Assembly: GCA_015055515.1 (NCBI GenBank)
Contig: SVIC01000006.1
Span: 765 to 64,764, forward strand
DNA from: Clostridiales bacterium
Lineage (GTDB): Bacteria; Bacillota; Clostridia; Christensenellales; UBA1242
Direction of reading: 5' to 3'
DNA length: 64,000 nt
Every line of letters begins with the position of its first letter. Position 1 is the stretch's first letter. A model generated the notes under the pieces. That model was not told where the DNA came from and ran no database searches. It was given only the letters and a program-made list of their open reading frames with translations. This document shows, piece after piece, positions 22,305 through 31,057 of this stretch. The position numbers and the translations under genes were made by a program.

Positions 22305-23330
22305 ATGCAGAATAAATTAAAAAAAGGACCACTACTAGATAATAAAGGCCACTTGTGCGAGGCTGGATATTCAACAACTCTTATAAAAGAATATGACAGA
22401 TCGGCAATCAAAGCCAATAAGTTAAGAATAAAAGAATGGGACTATTATCTGATATATAACAAAGATTATGCTATAGCACTAACAATAGATGACAATTCTT
22501 ATATGGGACTTAATTCTATTAGCCTGATAGATTTCAATAAGCCAGAAGAAACAACCAAGTCGTATATGTCTTTTATGACAAAAGGCAAGGTTGGCTTGCC
22601 TCCTACTAGCAAGATAGGCGATGTAAAGGTAACCAAGAAAAATCATAATCTACAATTCATCAATAATGGCAAAACTAGACAATTAAAAGTATGGGTTAAA
22701 AACTTCAAAGATAATTATGACCTAAATATAGATATCACCCTTGATAACGAGCCAAAAGACAGCATGGTTATAGCCACACCTTTCAACAAAAAAACAGCGT
22801 TCTATTATAACCAGAAAATAGTAGGATTTTCCGCCACTGGCAAGGTCGAGCTTGGTGACACATATATAGAATTCGGCGATGATACAAGAGCTATACTAGA
22901 CTGGGGACGAGCCGTATGGACATACAAGAATACTTGGTACTGGGGCGCAGGATGCGGAGTTATAGATGGACATGAAGTAGGATTTAACATAGGATATGGA
23001 TTTGGTGACACAACTAGTGCCAGCGAGAATATGGTATTTTATGATGGAATTGCTCACAAATTAGACCAAGTAACATTTAATATACCAAAAGACAAAAAAG
23101 GCAAAGATGACTATATGAGCGACTGGACATTCACCTCTAATGACAAACGATTTGAGATGACATTCCACCCTATTATAAATAGACACTCCGATGCCAATGT
23201 ACTCGTTATTCGTAGCAATCAAAATCAAGTATTTGGTGAATTTACCGGAAATATAATCTTAGATGATGGAAAAGAAATAAAACTAAATAAGTTCTTGGGA
23301 TTTGCAGAAAAAGTACAGAATAAGTGGTAG
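22305..23330 (+). CDS. DUF2804-like protein
   Basis: Start set at ATG 22305 (AGGGAGA RBS). ..WTYKNTWYWGAGCG...GFNIGYGFGDTTSASENMVFYDGIAHKL.. resembles DUF2804 as I recall it. Confidence 0.65.
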   Translation: MQNKLKKGPLLDNKGHLCEAGYSTTLIKEYDRSAIKANKLRIKEWDYYLIYNKDYAIALTIDDNSYMGLNSISLIDFNKPEETTKSYMSFMTKGKVGLPPTSKIGDVKVTKKNHNLQFINNGKTRQLKVWVKNFKDNYDLNIDITLDNEPKDSMVIATPFNKKTAFYYNQKIVGFSATGKVELGDTYIEFGDDTRAILDWGRAVWTYKNTWYWGAGCGVIDGHEVGFNIGYGFGDTTSASENMVFYDGIAHKLDQVTFNIPKDKKGKDDYMSDWTFTSNDKRFEMTFHPIINRHSDANVLVIRSNQNQVFGEFTGNIILDDGKEIKLNKFLGFAEKVQNKW

Positions 23331-23345
23331 AATGTCAAATCTCTA

Positions 23346-23386
23346 ACAATCCACGATATAAATGTTGTATCGTGGATTGTTTTTTG
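23346..23386 (+). terminator. Intrinsic terminator after the DUF2804 gene
   Basis: acaatccacgata / tatcgtggattgt (13 bp) followed by ttttt. Confidence 0.7.
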
Positions 23387-23543
23387 GTGAAAATAAAGTT
23401 ATATTAATTTGCGTGATTTGTTTGACACAAAAATATCAAGTGTGTATAATCTGAGTATACAAATAAGTATTATGTGGTCCTAACAAATCTCAACAAAATC
23501 ACACATATCTTATATGTAAATAAAATATATAAAGGATGAAAAA

Positions 23544-25199
23544 ATGAAGACGAAACAGAAAGTCGCAATTATTGCTATTGTCTCTGTACTACTTCTTACC
23601 GTAATCGGCCTTGCCATTGGTATAGTATTAGTAGCACAACAAGCAACAATGAACAACAGTATGACTATATCATACAAAGCAAATAACGTAGATGTATCAA
23701 TTACCGCTACGGCAAAACGTTTTGATTCTGACACTGACACTGGTTCTGTATTAAATATCACTCAGAACAACAATGCTCCTGCAACAGAGGTCACTGTAGA
23801 TATTAATGCTAGTGACACAGCAGAACAAATTGCAGCAAAAGGATCCCTTGTTTTTGCAAAGGCTGAAAATGTAACAGCTAATGGTAAAGCAGTATATACA
23901 TTCAAAATCACAAATACTGCAACAGTTAGTGCTTCTAACACAAGAGAGTTAAAGGTAGAGGCAACTGCATACGACACAAATTTAGATTCTACACCATCAT
24001 TTGCAAATAACGGCAATGTAAGAACTAAAATAGGAACAGCTGCCACTGCTAGTGATGCAGAAACGTTAGCTACTACTATGACAGAGAATATAACAAAATC
24101 TACAGCAAATGTAGGCGTTGCAGGATCTACTATATATCTTGTAGTGGTAATGAGTGTTGATGATGCTACTATGGATGTAGTAGATTACAACCTTAGTCTT
24201 GACTTAAAGTTTGATTATGGCAAGACTACTGAAAATCCTAACGGTATCGCTCAAGATGATTGGGATGGTACAGTTGGTACACTTCCTACACCTATCACCG
24301 CTACATCTAATGCAACACTATTCAATCAATATGTAACTGAGTTCAATATGAACAGGTCTACAGATAGGACACAAATGGCTGATGTAGATACAATCTATGT
24401 AATCAAAACAGCTGAAGAATTAGCAGCTATATCTGCTGGTATGCCAGAAGGTAGTTCAACTGAAACATACTATTATGCCACTGGTGGCACTATATCAGCG
24501 TTCGTATTAGAGGCAGACATAGATCTAAAAAACATTCCTTGGACTCCTATCGGATACGGATACAGAACTAACGCACAAAAAAACTTTAATGGAATAGGTT
24601 TTGGTGGAGACTTCTATGGCAATGGCCATACTATTAGAAACATAAGTATTGAAAAAGCTGGAACACAATACGGCGGAACTACAGATAGTAATACAGCAGT
24701 AGGCATAGGTTTCTTTGGCAACTTATATGCTTCTAAAATAGTAGGGTTAACTCTAGCAAATATTAAAGTAACAGGAAATCAATATGTAGGAGCCGTTGCT
24801 GGCTACGCATTAAGTCCTTCTACATCTCCAGAAAAATCAGGAAGAGGTGAAATCACAGATTGTCACGTAACTGATGCCGAAGTATCTTGTATATGTGCTA
24901 ACACTGAAGAATCTGGAGATAAAGCTGGTGCAATATGTGGATATTTCTCACAAACAACTATAAAAAATTGTTCTGCTTATGATTGTGCTGTTGATGCCGA
25001 TAGAGACGCTGGAATGTTACTAGGCTGCCTACATAAGGCACTGGACACATATTTTACAGCTTATATATTTACTGACAACATTGCACACAATGTAACTGTT
25101 AAAAGTAATAACACTGGAAAAGTAGTACTAGGAGACTCATATACCAAATCTGGTGGAAATATTGGTCTACATGAAAATGGATTAATTGGTAGAATTTAA
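23544..25199 (+). CDS. N-terminally membrane-anchored surface protein; shared N-terminal module plus C-terminal GLUG-like/beta-helix repeats
   Basis: 551 aa. MKTKQKVAIIAIVSVLLLTVIGLAIGIVLVAQQA signal-anchor. C-terminal part has ..FYGNGHTIRNISI.., ..IGFFGNLYASKIVGLTLANIKVTGNQYVGAVAGYAL.. No LPXTG. Paralog at 57115-58320. Confidence 0.7.
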   Translation: MKTKQKVAIIAIVSVLLLTVIGLAIGIVLVAQQATMNNSMTISYKANNVDVSITATAKRFDSDTDTGSVLNITQNNNAPATEVTVDINASDTAEQIAAKGSLVFAKAENVTANGKAVYTFKITNTATVSASNTRELKVEATAYDTNLDSTPSFANNGNVRTKIGTAATASDAETLATTMTENITKSTANVGVAGSTIYLVVVMSVDDATMDVVDYNLSLDLKFDYGKTTENPNGIAQDDWDGTVGTLPTPITATSNATLFNQYVTEFNMNRSTDRTQMADVDTIYVIKTAEELAAISAGMPEGSSTETYYYATGGTISAFVLEADIDLKNIPWTPIGYGYRTNAQKNFNGIGFGGDFYGNGHTIRNISIEKAGTQYGGTTDSNTAVGIGFFGNLYASKIVGLTLANIKVTGNQYVGAVAGYALSPSTSPEKSGRGEITDCHVTDAEVSCICANTEESGDKAGAICGYFSQTTIKNCSAYDCAVDADRDAGMLLGCLHKALDTYFTAYIFTDNIAHNVTVKSNNTGKVVLGDSYTKSGGNIGLHENGLIGRI

Positions 25200-25207
25200 T
25201 TTATAGC

Positions 25208-25248
25208 AAAAAAAAAAGTTAAGCAAAATACTGCTTAACTTTTTTTAT
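25208..25248. terminator. Bidirectional intrinsic terminator shared by the surface-protein gene (+) and rnpB (-)
   Basis: agttaagca-aaatac-tgcttaact (9 bp), flanked by an A-run upstream and a T-run downstream. The same stem sequence recurs at 58329-58368. Confidence 0.75.
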
Positions 25249-25255
25249 TCAAAAA

Positions 25256-25595
25256 ATATCAGCGCAACCATAAGCCGAGTTCTGTATTGGATGGTTATCT
25301 ATCTGGGACTGATGTCACCACCAGCCTCTAGCGATGTAGGGAGGGACTAGCGAACAACGTTAAATCGCCCCTCAATCTTGCATCAGGTGGGGTTTACAGA
25401 GTCCCTATGTTACCATAGAGACTAGTGCGCTCTTACCACACTTTTTCACCCTTACACATAGCATATGCCATATGCGGTATCTTTCTGTTGCACTTTCCTT
25501 GGAGTCGCCTCCACCAGCCGTTAGCTGGCACCCTGTTCTGTGATGCTCGGACTTTCCTCAAGAGTAAACTCTCGCAACCATCTGTTTGCCTGACA
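25256..25595 (-). ncRNA. rnpB: RNase P RNA, bacterial type A
   Basis: Reverse complement contains GAGGAAAGTCCGAGC, GGGTGCCAGCTAACGGCTGG, GGGTGAAAAAGTGTGGTAAGAGCGCAC, GTAAACCCCACC and ACAGAACTCGGCTTA. P2 (gatggtt/aaccatc) and P1 can be drawn by hand. Ends are approximate to within about 5 nt. Confidence 0.92.
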
Positions 25596-25600
25596 ACGTT

Positions 25601-25629
25601 ATTATATCACAAGCAGTGAATATTGTCAA
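25601..25629 (-). promoter_or_regulatory. rnpB promoter, consensus TTGACA-17 nt-TATAAT with TGn extended -10
   Basis: Reverse complement reads cttgaca atattcactgcttgtga tataat (-35 at 25624-25629, -10 at 25601-25606). Predicted start is about 25594, at the first P1 nucleotides. Confidence 0.75.
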
Positions 25630-25632
25630 GCC

Positions 25633-25712
25633 GTGCCAGCGCATAGCCCGACTATATGTCGGGCGCCACATGGATATGTGGCAATGTGCGGATAGCACAT
25701 AAGCGCTGGCAC
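25633..25712 (-). other. 80-nt perfectly paired cloverleaf (10-bp closing stem plus three 6-7-bp hairpins), function unknown
   Basis: gtgccagcgc-ata-[gcccgac tatat gtcgggc][gccacat ggat atgtggc]-a-[atgtgc ggata gcacat]-aa-gcgctggcac. All pairs are Watson-Crick. It lies between the sigK stop and the rnpB -35. Confidence 0.5.
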
Positions 25713-26410
25713 TATATATAATCATCCTTATTCATAACCGATTTCAATGACTTCAATGCTTTTTTTTCTAACCTAGATATGTAACTCCTACTTATACCTA
25801 ATTTATCCGCCACCTCTCTTTGTGCCAGTGCTGGTGTGTTATTAAGTCCATACCTCATCTTGATTATCTCGAATTCTCTCTTTGTTAGAGTTTTCTCCAA
25901 TATAACATTTAATTTTTCACTCAAGACCACATTCTCGACCGACTTGGCTACATCATTATCTTCTTCAAAAGCCAAATCCATCACTGTGATCTTATTATTC
26001 TCCTCATCAGCACTGATAATATCATCTATACTGCAATCGTTCTTGTGTTTCTTATTTACCCTAAGGAGCATCAATATTTCGTTCTCTATACACTTTGCAG
26101 CATAAGTACTAAATTGCGTTCCGTGCCCTTCCTTGTAAGTATTAATAGCCTTAATTAATCCTAGACTACCTACACTAATAAGATCGTCTGCTTCTTCTGT
26201 CTGACTATATTTCTTTACAATATGCGCCACAAGCCTTAAGTTATGATGTATTAATATGTCTTTTGCACGCATATCGCCTTCATGAAATTTTCTAATATAT
26301 TCTGCTTCTTCCTTTGCATTTAATGGCTTTGGAAAACTAGAATTGTTATTCACATACGCCGAGAAAAATAGAAGTTTTTGCATAAACATAGCAATAGTCT
26401 CTATAATCAT
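25712..26410 (-). CDS. sigK: Sporulation sigma factor, SigK-like (with pro-sequence)
   Basis: 232 aa, ..YVNNNSSFPKPLNAKEE...HHNLRLVAHIVKKY...DLISVGSLGLIKAINTY...YAAKCIENEILMLLR.. is closest by eye to SigK. No spoIIGA upstream, which argues against SigE. Confidence 0.75.
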   Translation of the reverse strand: MIIETIAMFMQKLLFFSAYVNNNSSFPKPLNAKEEAEYIRKFHEGDMRAKDILIHHNLRLVAHIVKKYSQTEEADDLISVGSLGLIKAINTYKEGHGTQFSTYAAKCIENEILMLLRVNKKHKNDCSIDDIISADEENNKITVMDLAFEEDNDVAKSVENVVLSEKLNVILEKTLTKREFEIIKMRYGLNNTPALAQREVADKLGISRSYISRLEKKALKSLKSVMNKDDYI

Positions 26411-26550
26411 ACCAACCCCCTTATTGTAGGTACATAATAGAATACTATATGTCGAATATTGTCACATCTTGCTTGTACAAAATATTTTATTGTCCAAAAA
26501 AGAACAAAAAAAAGATGCCAACAACTTGACATCTTATAACCAATTAAATA

Positions 26551-26895
26551 TTAGTTTTTCTTCTCTTTTATCTTAGTAGCCTTACCAGACAAATCTCTTA
26601 GATAATAAAGTTTTGCTCTACGTACCTTACCACGCTTAACAACTTCAATCTTATCAATTCTTGGAGAATGTACAGGGAAAATCTTCTCTACACCTACACC
26701 AAAAGATACACGTCTAACAGTGAATGTCTCTCTAACACTAGAATTCTTTCTAGCAATAACAACACCCTCGAACATCTGGATTCTCTCTCTAGTTCCCTCA
26801 ACGATCTTGTTGTATACTCTTACAGTATCACCAACGTTGAACTCTGGAACTTCTGGCTTCAAATTCTCTCTCTCTAATGCTTCAATTAATGTCAT
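26551..26895 (-). CDS. rplS: 50S ribosomal protein L19 (bL19)
   Basis: 114 aa, ..[33 protein letters not shown]...[22 protein letters not shown].. Confidence 0.96.
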   Translation of the reverse strand: MTLIEALERENLKPEVPEFNVGDTVRVYNKIVEGTRERIQMFEGVVIARKNSSVRETFTVRRVSFGVGVEKIFPVHSPRIDKIEVVKRGKVRRAKLYYLRDLSGKATKIKEKKN

Positions 26896-26939
26896 TTTGA
26901 CTTTTCCTCCTAATATTTCTATTACACAACTTATTGTTC

Positions 26940-27030
26940 ATAATCCTTGTATAAGTACGAATCCGCACCGCTGATGATATTCATCAAATCTACAATGGCT
27001 CAGCGGACCAATCGAAGTCACTATGAAAAT
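26940..27030 (-). promoter_or_regulatory. Candidate structured 5' leader of rplS (possible L19 autoregulatory leader)
   Basis: GC-rich nested hairpins on the minus strand: ccgctga..(gatga ata tcatc)..tcagcgg at 26968-27006, about 70 nt upstream of the rplS start. Not verified against a covariance model. Confidence 0.3.
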
Positions 27031-27138
27031 ATATCATATTTCATAACTTATTTCAAGTATTTTTTACAATTTTATTTATTAATTATTGATATTTTTCTAT
27101 ATCTAGGCTTAGTATATGCAAATTTGTCGAATTTTAGA

Positions 27139-27486
27139 CTAAAATGCGTTCGGAATATATGTCACTTCATCACCCAAGATGTCTATTATATCAAATCTCA
27201 CTCTTGCATTCATATCTCCAATTTCTCTTAAATACATTTGTGCAACATTACGTATTTTCCACTGCTTGTTGCCATCCACAACCTCTCTTCCATATCCATA
27301 TATTGCTGTAGACCTATACTTAACCTCAATGAACACAATAACATCATTTTCCTTTGCTATTATGTCTATTTCCCCAATCTTGTTGCGATAATTTCTCTCT
27401 ATAATCTTCAATTTTGTTTTTTTCTTGAGATACTTTACTGCAATTTCTTCGTTAACATCACCCTTTACTTTATTAAATAACTTCAT
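27139..27486 (-). CDS. yraN: YraN-family endonuclease-like protein (UPF0102)
   Basis: 115 aa, ..YRNKIGEIDIIAKENDVIVFIEVKYR.. is the typical YraN core. Confidence 0.8.
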   Translation of the reverse strand: MKLFNKVKGDVNEEIAVKYLKKKTKLKIIERNYRNKIGEIDIIAKENDVIVFIEVKYRSTAIYGYGREVVDGNKQWKIRNVAQMYLREIGDMNARVRFDIIDILGDEVTYIPNAF

Positions 27487-27495
27487 ACATTGTCC

Positions 27496-28092
27496 TTAAT
27501 GCATTTTTTTAAGAAATGTCTCTCTATGTATATCACATTTTCCAAATTTATTTATTGCCTCATAATGTTCTTTCGTGCCATAACCTTTGTGTTTCGCAAA
27601 GTTATACTGAGGATACTTCTTGTCCATTTCCATCATCAATCTATCCCTAGTTACTTTCGCAAGTATACTAGCGCATGCAATATTATAACTCTTTGCATCA
27701 CCCTTTACTATACTCTCCGTAGGAACATCCATATTATCTAGCTTTACAGCATCAATTAGTGCTATATCAAACTTTCCCTTTAGTGCCTCTATACAGTTGA
27801 CCATACCCAATTTAGTAGCGTTAAGAATATTTATTGCATCTATAACTTTTTCATCAATTAACTCTACATGATAAGCTATTGCCTTTGAAATAATCTCATC
27901 ATACAATGCTTCTCTTTTCTTCTCTGTTAATTTCTTACTATCATTAACGCCTTGTACTATTTTATCTTCTTCCAGTGGCATAACTACTATTGCTACACTC
28001 ACAGGCCCTGCCAATGGACCACGCCCTGCCTCATCAATGCCCGCAACATGTCTTACACCTAAGCCCATATATTCTCTGTCAAAATTTACCAT
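27496..28092 (-). CDS. rnhB: Ribonuclease HII
   Basis: 198 aa, ..VAGIDEAGRGPLAGPV...DSKKLT...ASILAKVTRD.. Confidence 0.93.
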   Translation of the reverse strand: MVNFDREYMGLGVRHVAGIDEAGRGPLAGPVSVAIVVMPLEEDKIVQGVNDSKKLTEKKREALYDEIISKAIAYHVELIDEKVIDAINILNATKLGMVNCIEALKGKFDIALIDAVKLDNMDVPTESIVKGDAKSYNIACASILAKVTRDRLMMEMDKKYPQYNFAKHKGYGTKEHYEAINKFGKCDIHRETFLKKMH

Positions 28093-28104
28093 ATATTCAT
28101 CTCT

Positions 28105-29046
28105 CTATTTTTTATCATTTGCTTGTTTTCGATCATTTTTCTTTAATGCAGATAAGTCTTTTACAGTCTCTAGCGTAATTCTACCCAACCTTCCTGCCTT
28201 GAAATCGGAAATGATTGCCATGCAACACCTATCATAATCCAGATCTCCGCCACGAAGAAGGTAACGCCTAGAATGACAAATATCATCCAATATCTCTAGC
28301 GTATCTTCATCATCATATATCTCTATCTGATACCTATCCTCTAATATGGATTTATCTATCTTAACTATGTCTTTAATAAATTCATAAGCAAGGTCATTCA
28401 TATCTACAACATCTTCTTTTATACTACCCAAGTACGCTAGCGTTCTAGCCACACGATTATTATCAAAGGTAGGCCATAGCGTTCCTGGAGTATCTAGTAT
28501 CTCTATACCACTAGCAATAGTCACCCATTGCTTACCCCTAGTTACTCCTGCGATATTGCCTGTAATAGTCTTTGACTTACCACAAAGGTTATTAATAAGT
28601 GTACTTTTACCACAATTAGGCACCCCTAATACTAGTGCTCTTAATGTCGCATTCATACCTTTTTTCTTATACTTCTCTATCTTTGCAATACATGCTTCTC
28701 TTATAGCATTCTCCACCTTCTTACCCAAGCCACTAGTTGTTGAATCCATAGATACGCATATACCACCAAGAGTCGTGAAATATTTCATCCAGTCTTTTAC
28801 CTTGGAATCCTCTGCCATATCTACTTTGTTGAAAACATATATTACAGGCTTATCCTTAATTATCTGAGTGAACTTTGGATTAACGCAAGAAAAAGGAGCC
28901 CTACTATCTAGGACATACAATACTGCATCTACCACAGCAATTTCCTTTTCCATCATCTTTAGCGCCTTGGACATATGTCCAGGGAACCAATTTATTCTAA
29001 TCTGTTGTGTATTTTGATCTTCACTGATCATTATATCATCCTTCAT
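28105..29046 (-). CDS. rbgA: Ribosome biogenesis GTPase A (YlqF/RbgA), circularly permuted GTPase
   Basis: 313 aa, ..INWFPGHMSKA..., ..VFNKVDM.., ..LVLGVPNCGKSTLIN.., ..ILDTPG.. Confidence 0.9.
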   Translation of the reverse strand: MKDDIMISEDQNTQQIRINWFPGHMSKALKMMEKEIAVVDAVLYVLDSRAPFSCVNPKFTQIIKDKPVIYVFNKVDMAEDSKVKDWMKYFTTLGGICVSMDSTTSGLGKKVENAIREACIAKIEKYKKKGMNATLRALVLGVPNCGKSTLINNLCGKSKTITGNIAGVTRGKQWVTIASGIEILDTPGTLWPTFDNNRVARTLAYLGSIKEDVVDMNDLAYEFIKDIVKIDKSILEDRYQIEIYDDEDTLEILDDICHSRRYLLRGGDLDYDRCCMAIISDFKAGRLGRITLETVKDLSALKKNDRKQANDKK

Positions 29047-29157
29047 TTTTGTAATTTTATTGTTTTATTATATTTGTTAGTTGTTTTGCCACATATACAT
29101 ACAATCTTCAGCAACTTCTTTTTTTAGTTTGAAGCCAAAATTTGTGTCATTTATTTC

Positions 29158-29844
29158 TCACTTCTTGTTCTTCAAATATTTCCTGTACATATCTGGTCGT
29201 TGCTTCTTAGTAAGTAGTTCGCTCTCTTTCTGTCGCCACTCAGCAATCTTCGCATGATTGCCCGATATCAATACCTCTGGCACATCTAGCCCTTGAAAAT
29301 TCCTAGGATGAGTATATTGTGGATATTCCAATAATCCATCGCTATGACTTTCTTCCACAACACTATCTCCGCTATGCAACACATCTGGTACATACCTAAG
29401 TATACTATCCACTAGCACCATTGCTGGCAATTCGCCACCAGTAAGCACATAATCACCAATGCTTATCTCCTCATCTACACACAGATCAATTGCACGCTGA
29501 TCAATACCTTCGTAATGCCCGCAAAGAAGTACCAAATGTTCTTCTTTTGCCAGATCCGCTACCATAGATTGATTAAGGACCTTGCCTTTTGGCGACATAT
29601 ATATTACCTTAGTACCTTGTTTCTTATGTGCCATAATTGCATCATATACTGGCTGAGCCTGAATTAGCATACCGGCACCACCACCATATGGATAATCATC
29701 TACCTTCTTGTGTTTTTCAGTACTATATTCTCTGAAATCTACTATATTTATATCTACAAGGTTTTTGTCCTGTGCTTTTCCTATAAGGCTAGTCTTAAGT
29801 GGTGCAAACATTTCTGGAAACAAGGTCAACACATCTATCTTCAT
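29158..29844 (-). CDS. trmD: tRNA (guanine37-N1)-methyltransferase
   Basis: 228 aa, MKIDVLTLFPEMF...YPYGGGAGMLI...GHYEGIDQR.. Confidence 0.95.
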   Translation of the reverse strand: MKIDVLTLFPEMFAPLKTSLIGKAQDKNLVDINIVDFREYSTEKHKKVDDYPYGGGAGMLIQAQPVYDAIMAHKKQGTKVIYMSPKGKVLNQSMVADLAKEEHLVLLCGHYEGIDQRAIDLCVDEEISIGDYVLTGGELPAMVLVDSILRYVPDVLHSGDSVVEESHSDGLLEYPQYTHPRNFQGLDVPEVLISGNHAKIAEWRQKESELLTKKQRPDMYRKYLKNKK

Positions 29845-30329
29845 AACGCCATTTCCTCCAAGATTGACTTAACAACAGTCACAACCTTCTTCTCTGTATC
29901 GACACCAAGTATCACACCTCTAGCATGCGGAAACATTACTTCTACGCCATCTTTGTCCATTGATATAACCGATGCTCCACCATAAGAATTTACTGCAGTA
30001 ATCACACCTAAAGCCTCACCTGTATCTGCAATAACCTTGCACCCAATCATATCATCTATGTAATACTCATCCTCTTCCAGACTATCATCTTCTACATCTT
30101 CTATCGAGATCGGAACATTCCTAAGATGCTCTACCTGCGATATATCATCTATTCCCGCCACCTTGAATATAGCAAATCCATCACGAAGAATAACTTTCTC
30201 AACCTCGTATGTTTTTCCCTTTATAATAACTTCTTCTAGATCTTTCATCTCCATCAAATACATGCCTGTTGGCTTTACTCTAAATTGTCCTTTTAACGCT
30301 TGTGGCTTAGTAATTATTCCTATTTGCAT
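29841..30329 (-). CDS. rimM: 16S rRNA processing protein RimM
   Basis: Start set at MQIGIITKPQALKGQFRVKP (RBS AGGGAAG upstream). Overlaps the trmD start by 4 nt. Operon position fits. Confidence 0.85.
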   Translation of the reverse strand: MQIGIITKPQALKGQFRVKPTGMYLMEMKDLEEVIIKGKTYEVEKVILRDGFAIFKVAGIDDISQVEHLRNVPISIEDVEDDSLEEDEYYIDDMIGCKVIADTGEALGVITAVNSYGGASVISMDKDGVEVMFPHARGVILGVDTEKKVVTVVKSILEEMAL

Positions 30330-30459
30330 ACTTCTAACTTCCCTTGTATTATATATTAATTGTAGTGTAACAAAATATTCACATAAAATCAAGTCATATC
30401 AAAAGTTAAATATTTCATAAAAAATAGCGAAAGCCTTACTCACCTTCGCCATTTTCATA

Positions 30460-30690
30460 TTATTCGTTAACTCTTAGAATATATCTCTTACCAGACTTGG
30501 CACTTGCACTACGCAAGATTGTTCTGATACTAGATATAGTCTTGCCGTTTCTACCAATAATCTTGCCCATATCATCTTCATTTGCCTTTACTTTGATTAT
30601 TGTAGCCTTTGGCTTTGATTCATCCATTGTTATCTCAAAATCCTCTGTATTAGTAACAGAAGAGATAAGATATCTAACTAAATTTTCCAT
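30460..30690 (-). CDS. KH-domain RNA-binding protein (YlqC family)
   Basis: Start set at MENLVRYL.. (AAGGGA RBS). ..ANEDDMGKIIGRNGKTISSIRTIL.. carries the KH GxxG motif. Conserved rpsP-KH-rimM-trmD order. Confidence 0.85.
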   Translation of the reverse strand: MENLVRYLISSVTNTEDFEITMDESKPKATIIKVKANEDDMGKIIGRNGKTISSIRTILRSASAKSGKRYILRVNE

Positions 30691-30768
30691 AACTTTATCC
30701 CTTATACTATACAAATTTTCAAACTCGCAAATATCAAAATATACGAAATTTGTTGGTCAAACCGAGTT

Positions 30769-30862
30769 GAGAGCACCGCTAGGTATACTCATATAGTCGC
30801 CACGACTGCCAATATGCGAGTTGCAACACGACAGTGGTGCGTGAACACGATTAGTGTTCGTT
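30769..30862 (-). repeat. Copy A of a 90-nt GC-rich structured repeat in the rpsP-KH spacer
   Basis: 30773-30862 is identical base-for-base to 30940-31029. The 4 nt further upstream match with one mismatch. Confidence 0.9.
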
Positions 30863-30935
30863 TACTCAAAACCCATATTTTCTAAAACACCATTTAGCCA
30901 AACATCAGTTTATATTGGTTGTCGCAAGACTAGAG

Positions 30936-31029
30936 GAGTGCACCGCTAGGTATACTCATATAGTCGCCACGACTGCCAATATGCGAGTTGCAACACGACA
31001 GTGGTGCGTGAACACGATTAGTGTTCGTT
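30936..31029 (-). repeat. Copy B of the 90-nt GC-rich structured repeat
   Basis: Direct repeat of copy A, offset 167 nt. Contains the hairpin gaacac-gatta-gtgttc and an outer pairing gcaccgct/agtggtgc. Confidence 0.9.
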
Positions 31030-31057
31030 GCCCAATCTATGGCAACAAACTCGCATA

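Noticed and set aside
23510-23761. 83-aa minus-strand ORF overlapping the start of the surface-protein gene
   Set aside because: It is the antisense image of the signal-anchor region and has no RBS.
25425-25619. 64-aa plus-strand ORF
   Set aside because: It lies entirely inside the RNase P RNA gene, on the opposite strand, and has no RBS.
26968-27006. CTGATGA in the rplS leader as a hammerhead ribozyme core
   Set aside because: No correctly placed GAAA, stem II or stem III can be drawn. The CTGATGA is consumed by a simple hairpin.
30769-31029. Possible CRISPR array or tandem riboswitch
   Set aside because: There are only two copies, each 90 nt, which is far longer than CRISPR repeats, and no cas genes. 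I compared by eye with ZTP, ykkC, glutamine, fluoride, preQ1 and guanidine-II consensus features and found no match.
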